Positions 47,782 through 54,937 of a DNA stretch of 64,000 nucleotides are shown piece after piece. Each line of letters opens with the position of its first letter. Position 1 is the first letter of the stretch. A program made the translations under genes and the position numbers. The notes beneath the pieces were generated by a model. The model made no database searches. It was not told where the DNA came from and worked only from the letters and a program-made list of their open reading frames with translations. Source of the DNA: an uncultured Thermoleophilia bacterium (GTDB taxonomy: Bacteria > Actinomycetota > Thermoleophilia > Gaiellales > Gaiellaceae); contig CAWKNW010000017.1 in assembly GCA_963851065.1 (NCBI GenBank), positions 165,198-229,197 of the forward strand. The letters run 5' to 3'.

Positions 47782-47898
47782 TCAGAGATGCTGGCGACGG
47801 CGGACGGCCCACAACCACCAGCCGCCCACGAGCAGGAGCAGCATGAGCGGCAGCACGAGCGTCAGCACTGCACCGATCTGAAATGAGGCAACGAGCAT
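47782..47898 (-). CDS. 38-aa single-TM peptide within the oxidase operon
   Basis: This is the C-terminal tail of track ORF 47782..48729, read from an ATG: MLVASFQIGAVLTLVLPLMLLLLVGGWWLWAVRRRQHL. Its ATG overlaps the ctaG stop (TGATG). Confidence 0.4.
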   Translation of the reverse strand: MLVASFQIGAVLTLVLPLMLLLLVGGWWLWAVRRRQHL

Positions 47899-48758
47899 CA
47901 GATCTCCCTCGGTCGAAGGTCTTCGGCGGGTCGAAGGCGACGCGGGCGACGGCTGTCCATCGCCGGCTCGAGCCACCGCGAGACCGCGAAGAAGAGAGCG
48001 ATCGTGAACGGGATCGAACCGGGAACCCACATCACACCGGCTGCGAGCTGCTGGTCGGCGAGGGCCGACAGCCCACCCGGGCGGACGGCGAGATCGGCAT
48101 ACCCGCTGTACAGGGCATGTGGCGCCAGGCCGAGCACGACGGCGAGCGCCCAGCTGACGAGCATTGCCGCCGTGCCGTAGGCGACGCGGCCGAGGTCGGT
48201 GAGCTGCGGCCGCGGGCTCGGCAGGAGGTGAGCCCAGAAGAGCAACGCGCTGGTGAAGAACAACGCGTGCTCGAGATCGTGCACAGGGCCGTCCCTGAGC
48301 GTGAGGTCGTAGAGCGACGGGAGGTGCCAGGCCAGCAACATGCCGTTGAAGAACGCGAAGGCCGGCCAGGGCGACGCGACCCACCGCGCCGCCGCACGGA
48401 CGGGCGAGAGCGGCTCGCCCGCCAGCACCGCACGGGCGACGGGGCGTCGCACCCCGACCGGGAAGGGGCGCACGATGCGCGGCCACGGCCGGCCGAGCAG
48501 CAACAGAGGAGGCGCGACCATCATCAGCAGGATGTGCTGCACCATGTGCACCCAGAACAGCGTGGTCGCGTACGCATCGACGGGCGAGTCGACGGCCAGC
48601 GCCAGCGTGAGGAGCCCAACGTAGAAGGCGGCGCCGCGGCCCCGCTTCGCGGCGTCTCCCGGCGTGACACTCGCCCGGCCGCCGAGGAAGTACAGGACCC
48701 CGGCGGCGACGATCGCCGCGAGCGGCCACTCGAGCGGCCAGTTGGACGCCCGCAGCAT
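47898..48758 (-). CDS. ctaG: cytochrome c oxidase assembly factor CtaG (Caa3_CtaG family)
   Basis: This is 286 aa from the internal ATG of track ORF 47898..49343. It is a polytopic membrane protein with WVHMVQHILLMMVAPPLLLLGRPW. Its ATG overlaps the ctaE stop (TGATG). Confidence 0.8.
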   Translation of the reverse strand: MLRASNWPLEWPLAAIVAAGVLYFLGGRASVTPGDAAKRGRGAAFYVGLLTLALAVDSPVDAYATTLFWVHMVQHILLMMVAPPLLLLGRPWPRIVRPFPVGVRRPVARAVLAGEPLSPVRAAARWVASPWPAFAFFNGMLLAWHLPSLYDLTLRDGPVHDLEHALFFTSALLFWAHLLPSPRPQLTDLGRVAYGTAAMLVSWALAVVLGLAPHALYSGYADLAVRPGGLSALADQQLAAGVMWVPGSIPFTIALFFAVSRWLEPAMDSRRPRRLRPAEDLRPREI

Positions 48759-49438
48759 CAGAGCAGGTAGAGGATGACCCAGGCGATCACGGCGACCCCG
48801 GCCAAGAACACCGCGTAGAACGACATCGCCTCGAGGGAAGGCCGCACGAGCGAGAGCGGGTCCTCGATGTCCGGCTCGGTACGGTGGGGGTCGCCGGAAG
48901 CCTCTCCCGGGCCGGGCGCGCCGCGGAGCGTCTTGCGATAGCGAATCGACGTGGCCAGGGTCGTCTCGAGCCAGTACGCGAGGCCGAGCACGAACAGGGC
49001 CTGGAAGCCTGTCCAGCCGACGTAGACGCTCGCGAACCCGCCCTCCGTCGGCCCGAACCCCTGGGTCGCCCAGCCGACGATCTGGATCGCGACCGCCGCG
49101 ACGAGCGCCGCGAGGGCGATCGCGCCCTTCACGCGCCAGGCGGGACGGCGCTCGGCCAGATGATCGCGGTATCCGAGCCGGAGGAGCGCAGCAGCCAGGA
49201 CGATCGCGACCGTCACGAGAATGCCGACGACCTGGGGTGGGTCGACGTGCGCCGGGCGCCAGAGCCCGTGCGAGTTCAGCGACCGGAGGTAGAAGTACGC
49301 GAAGAGGAAGGCGAAGAAGAAGAACAACGTCGCCGAGGCCCACAGGCGGGAGCCGACGCGGAGATTCGCCGCCACGATCTCCGGCGGCTCGCGCTCGACG
49401 ACCGAGTAGTCGCTCGCGGTGCTCGTGAGCTCGCTCAT
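48758..49438 (-). CDS. ctaE: cytochrome c oxidase subunit III
   Basis: This is 226 aa from the internal ATG of track ORF 48758..51223. It has five hydrophobic helices and the FFFFAFLFAYFYLR and WTGFQALFVLG motifs. It has an ATGA overlap with the ctaD stop. Confidence 0.85.
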   Translation of the reverse strand: MSELTSTASDYSVVEREPPEIVAANLRVGSRLWASATLFFFFAFLFAYFYLRSLNSHGLWRPAHVDPPQVVGILVTVAIVLAAALLRLGYRDHLAERRPAWRVKGAIALAALVAAVAIQIVGWATQGFGPTEGGFASVYVGWTGFQALFVLGLAYWLETTLATSIRYRKTLRGAPGPGEASGDPHRTEPDIEDPLSLVRPSLEAMSFYAVFLAGVAVIAWVILYLL

Positions 49439-51291
49439 CGCGTCTGCCTCGCCGGGGTGATCACCGGACGGGCGGGCACGCCCGCTCCTTCGCCGTACGG
49501 ATACGGGTCGGGGCCGAACGTCGGGATGCGATCGAAGTTCTGGACCGGCACGGGCGAGGGCAGCTCCCACTCGATCGACTTGGAGTCCCAGGGATTCGCG
49601 CCTGCCGGAACGCGGGCGAAGAACATCGACCACACGAAGTTGGCGATGAAGATCAGCATCGAGAAGCCGAGGACGAACGCGGAGATCGAGACCCAGACGT
49701 TGGCGCCCTGCAGGTAGCCGGCGTAGGTCACGGAGCGGCGCGGCATGCCGAGGAAACCGATCACGAGCAGCGGCCCGAACGTCGAGTTGAACGACACGAA
49801 CATCAGCCAGAAGTGGACCTTCCCCCACCCCTCGTTGATCATGTAGCCGGTCATCTTCGGCACCCAGTAGTAGATCGCCGCGAAGAACGTGAAGATCAGC
49901 CCGCCCATGATCGTGTAGTGGAAGTGGGCCATCGAGAAGAAGCTGCCGTGCGTCGTGACGTCGCTCGGCACGTCGGACAGGAAGACACCCGTCAGGCCGC
50001 CGATCAGGAAGTTGAAGAGCCAGGCGAGACAGAACAGCATCGGAACCGTCAGCCTGATGCGACCGGCCCAGAGCGTCCCCAGAGCGCACAGGAAGATGAA
50101 GCCGGTCGGCAGCGAGATCAGCTCGGTCGAGAGCATGTAGAACGGTCGGAGATCGGCGTTGATCCCGCTCACGAACAGGTGGTGCTGCCACACGAGGAAG
50201 GAGAGCAGCGTGATCCCCAGCATCCCGCTCACCGCCAGGCGATAGCCCCAGACGGGCTTGCGCGCGAAGACGGGCAGGATCTCGAGCAGGATGCCCATGC
50301 CGGGCAGCGCGAGGACGTAGACCTCCGGGTGGCCGAAGATCCAGAAGAGGTTCTGGTACAGGTAGGAACTGCCGCCGCTCTGCGGGTTGAAGAACCCGGT
50401 CTGCGCCGTCCGGTCGAGCAGCACCATCAGCAGCGCCGAGATCAGCACGGGCGCCGCGAGCAACATCAGCACCGCCGTCGAGACCGTCCCCCACACGAAC
50501 ATCGGCAGGCGCCCCCACTTCATCCCGGGCGCGCGCATCGTGATCACGGTCGCGATCATGTTCAGGCCGAGCAGGCACATCGAGAGGCCGACGAGCGCGA
50601 AGAACGCGATATACGCGTCCATCCCCCAGTTCGCCTGGTTCGCGAGCGGCTCGTAGCCGGTCCACCCGGTCGGGAAGCCCCCGAACACCCACGTGGTCAT
50701 CAGGAGCACACCGCCCGCCATCAGGAGCCAGAAGGTCAGCGCCTCGATCCGCGGGAAGGCCATGCGACGGGCGCCGATCATGATCGGCAGCAGGTAGTTG
50801 GCGAACGGGCCCAGGATCCCGCTCGTCATCATCCCCATCATCATCGTCCCGTGGACGCCGACCAGCGTGAGGTAGTTGTTCGCGTTCCACGCGTGCTGGT
50901 CGGGGGTCAGGAGCTCGTAGCGGATGAGCATGGCGTTCAGCCCACCGATGAAGATGAACACGCCGACGCCGACGAGGTACTGGAGCCCGACCACCTTGTG
51001 GTCGGTGCACAGCCCGAAGTAACGGCCGACGCCCCCGGTCTCCTTCTCGCGCAGGCTCGCCGGCCTGCCGAGCAGGCGCATCACCGGGTAGTTCGCAAAA
51101 CCCAGCCCGACCAGGAAGCCGAGCACGCCGGTGAAGTACGCGCAGAACAGCGCGATGTCGTTCTGTCCCGTGTCGCTGAAGTAATCGATGCTCTTGCCGT
51201 GGATCTGATGGCCGAGCACCCACCCGACGTAGAACCCCACGAGCCCGAGCACCACGGCGCTGAGCAGGTTGAAGCCGAAGAGGCGGCGCAC
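49435..51291 (-). CDS. ctaD: cytochrome c oxidase subunit I (with an ~95-aa two-helix N-terminal extension)
   Basis: This is 618 aa from the in-frame GTG. It contains TDHKVVGLQY, HGTMMMG, WIFGHPEVY (CuB His) and the FFSMAHFHYT heme ligands. The start sits 2 nt after the ctaC stop. Confidence 0.93.
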   Translation of the reverse strand: MRRLFGFNLLSAVVLGLVGFYVGWVLGHQIHGKSIDYFSDTGQNDIALFCAYFTGVLGFLVGLGFANYPVMRLLGRPASLREKETGGVGRYFGLCTDHKVVGLQYLVGVGVFIFIGGLNAMLIRYELLTPDQHAWNANNYLTLVGVHGTMMMGMMTSGILGPFANYLLPIMIGARRMAFPRIEALTFWLLMAGGVLLMTTWVFGGFPTGWTGYEPLANQANWGMDAYIAFFALVGLSMCLLGLNMIATVITMRAPGMKWGRLPMFVWGTVSTAVLMLLAAPVLISALLMVLLDRTAQTGFFNPQSGGSSYLYQNLFWIFGHPEVYVLALPGMGILLEILPVFARKPVWGYRLAVSGMLGITLLSFLVWQHHLFVSGINADLRPFYMLSTELISLPTGFIFLCALGTLWAGRIRLTVPMLFCLAWLFNFLIGGLTGVFLSDVPSDVTTHGSFFSMAHFHYTIMGGLIFTFFAAIYYWVPKMTGYMINEGWGKVHFWLMFVSFNSTFGPLLVIGFLGMPRRSVTYAGYLQGANVWVSISAFVLGFSMLIFIANFVWSMFFARVPAGANPWDSKSIEWELPSPVPVQNFDRIPTFGPDPYPYGEGAGVPARPVITPARQTR

Positions 51292-51293
51292 GG

Positions 51294-52148
51294 TCAGCCC
51301 GCCCGTCCTGTCGGCTGCGGGTTGTAGGACTTCGCGTACGCCGGCAGCTCCTTCGTCACCTCGCGGAACATCGCCTGCTGGCTCGCGATCCAGCTCGCGA
51401 ACTGAGAGTCGCTGACGACCCGGCCGGTGTCGAACATGTAGCCGTGAAAGAGCCCGCACAGCTCGGCGCAGCGAATCGAGAACGTCCGCACGGTCTTCGG
51501 CTTCACGTAGGCGACGTTGTCGACGCCCGGGTTCGCATCCGCCTTGACACCGAGCTGATACGCCCAGAACGAGTGGATCGCGTCGAGCGAGGTGACGTGG
51601 AACGCAATCTGGCGGTCGACGGGGATGACGAGCTGCGGCGTCTCGACGCCGCCGTACGTCGGATAGCGATACGTGAACTCCCACTGTTGGGCGATCACCT
51701 GAACCGGCAACGCCACGCCGGACGGCTTCGACAGCGGCGTCGGGCCCTGCCCGCCGCCGGAGCCGTTGGTTGTGAGCAGCGCGGCCGACCCGAAGATGGC
51801 GAGGAACAGCACGGCGATCGTCGTCGTGACGAGCCAGATCACCTGCAGACGCGTGTTGCCGCGGATCGGCGCCCCGTCACGCTTCTCGTCGTCGTCGCGA
51901 ACGCGAAAGACGACGAGCACGTACGCGAGGTACACGAGGATGAACATCGTGATCGGTGTCATCAAGACCAACATCACGGTGTTCGAGAACACCTGCGCCT
52001 TGGCCACGTCGGTCGCCTTGCCGGGAGGCATGTTCGGCCCGAGCACCCAGATCACGAGCGGCAGCGCGATCAGCGTCGCGATCGCGGTCAGGATCCCGAT
52101 CCGAAGCGAATGGCCGCCCCGAGCGGCGCCGGTCGGCTCAGACGACAT
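51294..52148 (-). CDS. ctaC: cytochrome c oxidase subunit II
   Basis: This is 284 aa from the internal ATG of track ORF 51294..52403. It has two TM helices and the CuA site HSFW...CAELCGLFHGYM. Confidence 0.9.
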   Translation of the reverse strand: MSSEPTGAARGGHSLRIGILTAIATLIALPLVIWVLGPNMPPGKATDVAKAQVFSNTVMLVLMTPITMFILVYLAYVLVVFRVRDDDEKRDGAPIRGNTRLQVIWLVTTTIAVLFLAIFGSAALLTTNGSGGGQGPTPLSKPSGVALPVQVIAQQWEFTYRYPTYGGVETPQLVIPVDRQIAFHVTSLDAIHSFWAYQLGVKADANPGVDNVAYVKPKTVRTFSIRCAELCGLFHGYMFDTGRVVSDSQFASWIASQQAMFREVTKELPAYAKSYNPQPTGRAG

Positions 52149-52866
52149 TGATGAACCCGTCCATGTACCCGATGGTCTGCATCGGGCCGCCGAACCCGTA
52201 GAGGAAGCCCGCGGCGCAGGGCACGAAGCACTGCCAGCGGTAGTGACCCTTCGGGCCCGTACGGAACGTGAAGGTGATCGTGTTGTGCGCGTTCGCCATG
52301 CTGCAGGGCGCGAAGTCGCACTGATTCTTCGCGTCGTCGGCGACTCCCTTGAGCGGTACGAGCACGTCGAACGCGGGAATTGCGAACGTATGGGAGGCGT
52401 CATCGGGCGGGATCCGGCTCATCGCCTGCCCGTTGACCGTGAAGGTGCCGCCGACGAGGCCGCGGGACTGCGAGAGGAACGGGTTCCGCAGTCCGCTGTT
52501 GCCGTCGAACTGGTAGACCGTGACGTGCACGAGCGCGTTGGCGGGAAGCTCCCAGACGGTGGTGCGGACCCACTGGCCGTTCTCCCGGGTCAGGTACGAG
52601 ACCCAGTTCGGATTCGGCGAGAGCTTCGAGCCGACGGCGGCCACCGTCTGCAGCGTCAGGTTGACCGACCGGCCGTTCGCCGCGTTCGCCGCGGCAGGAG
52701 AGTAGGGCGTCGGGCCGTTCGTCAGGAACGCGATGTACAGCCCGATGAGCACCGAGACGACCACGACGGCAGCCGCGACGACGACGCCGTTGCGTGCATT
52801 CGAGCTCACCGCGGTCGCGTATACGCCTTTTCCAAGCGCGACGCACCTTTCTGACGAAACTGTCAT
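52138..52866 (-). CDS. membrane-anchored cupredoxin-like protein
   Basis: The 242-aa protein has one N-terminal TM helix and a beta-rich domain. Candidate copper ligands are HTFAIP and WQCFVPCAAGFLYGFGGPM. Its 3' end overlaps the ctaC start by 11 nt. Confidence 0.65.
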   Translation of the reverse strand: MTVSSERCVALGKGVYATAVSSNARNGVVVAAAVVVVSVLIGLYIAFLTNGPTPYSPAAANAANGRSVNLTLQTVAAVGSKLSPNPNWVSYLTRENGQWVRTTVWELPANALVHVTVYQFDGNSGLRNPFLSQSRGLVGGTFTVNGQAMSRIPPDDASHTFAIPAFDVLVPLKGVADDAKNQCDFAPCSMANAHNTITFTFRTGPKGHYRWQCFVPCAAGFLYGFGGPMQTIGYMDGFINVV

Positions 52867-52890
52867 CTCGCTGTCATCTGGCCGTCATCT
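52861..52890. promoter_or_regulatory. three direct TGTCATCT-type repeats with 11-bp phasing (candidate OmpR-family binding site)
   Basis: TGTCATCT at 52861, TGTCATCT at 52872 and CGTCATCT at 52883 lie in the divergent region between the cupredoxin/cta operon and the small-TM/RR/HK operon. The first repeat contains the cupredoxin ATG. Confidence 0.45.
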
Positions 52891-52957
52891 GCCGCTTCAC
52901 ATCGAACTCTCAGCCGGCGTTCAGCGGACTCTCGAACCCCGCGCCGAGACTCGGCCC

Positions 52958-53131
52958 ATGACACTCACAACACTGATCACCGTGAACGCGCTCCTCGCCG
53001 GGACAGTCGTCTTCGCGATCGTGTGGCTGCTCGGCTCGGCGATTCGCGCCGACCGCGATGCCGGCGCGCCGCGGGAGACCTCGGCCGAACCGGCCCGCCT
53101 GCCCGTGGGCGGCGAGCGGATCGCCGCCTGA
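52958..53131 (+). CDS. 57-aa single-TM protein upstream of the response regulator
   Basis: This is the tail of track ORF 52733..53131, read from an ATG: MTLTTLITVNALLAGTVVFAIVWLLGSAIRADRDAGAPRETSAEPARLPVGGERIAA. Confidence 0.4.
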   Translation: MTLTTLITVNALLAGTVVFAIVWLLGSAIRADRDAGAPRETSAEPARLPVGGERIAA

Positions 53132-53146
53132 CACCCGGGATCTTTC

Positions 53147-53178
53147 GCGTCGGCGGCGTATAGACTCGCCGCCGACGC
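53147..53178. promoter_or_regulatory. perfect 12-bp inverted repeat directly upstream of the response-regulator start
   Basis: GCGTCGGCGGCG-TATAGACT-CGCCGCCGACGC ends 3 nt before the ATG at 53182. The AT-rich loop resembles a -10 box. Confidence 0.5.
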
Positions 53179-53181
53179 GGA

Positions 53182-53847
53182 ATGAAGATCCTTGTCATCG
53201 AGGACGAGCCCCGGATCCTCGAGTTCCTTCGCCTCGGGCTCGAGGCAGAGGGATTCATCGTCGAGGGGGCCGAGGACGGCGCGGCCGGTCTTGCGGCCGC
53301 CCTCGCCGAGCCCTACGAGCTTGTCGTCCTCGATCTGCTCCTGCCCCGTCTGGACGGGCTCCGGCTCCTAGCGGAGCTGCGGCGCGAGCGGGCCGACCTG
53401 CCGATCCTCGTCCTCTCGGCGCGCTCGGACCTTCCGACCAAGCTGCGCAGCTTCGACCTCGGCGCCAACGACTACCTGTCGAAGCCGTTCTCGTTCGACG
53501 AGCTCGTCGCCCGCGTGCGGGTGCACCTTCGCCGCGGGCGCGACGCGGCAGACGGTGCGAGCCTGCGGATCGGTCAGCTGTCGCTCGATCTCGCGCGGCG
53601 CCGGGCCGAGACGGAGACAGGCAGCATCGACCTCTCCGACCGGGAGTTCCGGCTGCTCTACCACCTCGCGGCCCACGCCGGCGAGATCGTGAGCCGGGAG
53701 CGCCTCCTGTCCGAGGTCTGGGGCTACTCGTTCGATCCCGGCTCGAACGTCGTCGACGTCTGCGTCCGCCGGCTGCGCAAGAAGCTCGGGCCGGAGTGGC
53801 CGATCGAGACGGTGCGACATGCGGGCTATCGGCTGGCCACGGCCTAG
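53182..53847 (+). CDS. OmpR/PhoB-family response regulator
   Basis: The 221-aa protein has the receiver motifs KILVIEDE, LVVLDLLLP and LSARSD, plus a winged-helix output domain (LSDREFRLLYHLA, VDVCVRRLRKKL, GYRL). Confidence 0.92.
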   Translation: MKILVIEDEPRILEFLRLGLEAEGFIVEGAEDGAAGLAAALAEPYELVVLDLLLPRLDGLRLLAELRRERADLPILVLSARSDLPTKLRSFDLGANDYLSKPFSFDELVARVRVHLRRGRDAADGASLRIGQLSLDLARRRAETETGSIDLSDREFRLLYHLAAHAGEIVSRERLLSEVWGYSFDPGSNVVDVCVRRLRKKLGPEWPIETVRHAGYRLATA

Positions 53848-54937
53848 CCTGCTCGAGCTCGGCTGGGCGGCGCTCGTGGTCGCCTGCCTGGTGCTGATGA
53901 TCCTCTCCCCACCGTGGGAGACGATCCCGTTTCACGTCATCTGGATCAGCTTGACGCTCTTCTACGGGTTTCGGGTCTGGCGGACCTCGACCACAGCAGG
54001 TGTGCTCGTTGCCATCGCGATCGGCTCTGGCGCACTGATCCTTCGCGACACGTTCGATGGCAAACAGCCGTGGGGCGAGTTGTTCGAGGTTCCGCTGCTC
54101 TCGGCGATGTTCCTCGCGATGGTGTGGCATGCGCGCCGCCGCGTACAGGCACTGGCAACCGCCAAGGCGCTTGCCGACGAACGCGCCTCGCTCCTCGAAC
54201 AGGAGGAGCGTCTGCTTCACGACGTCTCCCACGAACTACGGACGCCGGTGACGATCGCCCGGGGTCACCTCGAGCTCCTGCAACGACGCCTCGACGGCGA
54301 GGCACCCGAGCTCGACGTCGCGTTCGACGAGCTGGCGCGGATGGAACGCATCGTCGAACGCGTGCTGCTCCTTGCCCAGGCTGAGCGAAGCGACTGGCTC
54401 GTGCCCGGGCCGATCCCGCTCGTCGCGTTTCTCGAAGACGTGCTCATGCGCTGGGCAGGGATTGCGCAACGAGCGTGGCGGCTCGGCGAGATCGTCGACG
54501 TGACGGTGACGGCGGACGAGACGTGGATTAGAGCCGCCCTGGATGCACTGCTCGAGAACGCCGTCGAGCACACCGAAACCCACGGCCAGATCATGCTTGC
54601 CGCCCGAGGTGACAGCGATTCCGTCGTGATCTCGGTCGAGGACAACGGCCGCGGGATCCCCCCGTCACAACTCGAGCACGTGTTCCAGCGCTTCGCGCGG
54701 GCCGACGAATCGAGGTCGAGGCGTGCCGGAGGATCCGGCCTCGGTCTCGCGATCGTCGCGGCGATCGCCCGTGCCCACGACGGCTCGTGCACCGCCTCGA
54801 GCGGTGACGGCAGAACCGTGTTCGAGCTGCGGCTGCCGCTGCACCAGGCCTGGCGGGGCGATCGCGAAGAGGCTCCCGGGCCGCTCCCGGCCGCGAAACC
54901 TGCCGTCGCCGCCGGATCTGCTTCAATCGCCGGGTGA
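53819..54937 (+). CDS. sensor histidine kinase (intramembrane-sensing type, no obvious periplasmic domain)
   Basis: The 372-aa protein has about 4 TM segments, then the H-box HDVSHELRTPVT, the N-box LLENAVEHT and the G-boxes DNGRGIP and GGSGLGLAIV. Confidence 0.9.
   Translation: MRAIGWPRPSLLELGWAALVVACLVLMILSPPWETIPFHVIWISLTLFYGFRVWRTSTTAGVLVAIAIGSGALILRDTFDGKQPWGELFEVPLLSAMFLAMVWHARRRVQALATAKALADERASLLEQEERLLHDVSHELRTPVTIARGHLELLQRRLDGEAPELDVAFDELARMERIVERVLLLAQAERSDWLVPGPIPLVAFLEDVLMRWAGIAQRAWRLGEIVDVTVTADETWIRAALDALLENAVEHTETHGQIMLAARGDSDSVVISVEDNGRGIPPSQLEHVFQRFARADESRSRRAGGSGLGLAIVAAIARAHDGSCTASSGDGRTVFELRLPLHQAWRGDREEAPGPLPAAKPAVAAGSASIAG

Noticed and set aside
54700-54933. An expected SRP RNA (ffs) gene immediately upstream of dnaX.
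   Set aside because: The region is fully occupied by the histidine-kinase coding sequence, whose G-boxes run through it. I saw no SRP domain IV-like hairpin.
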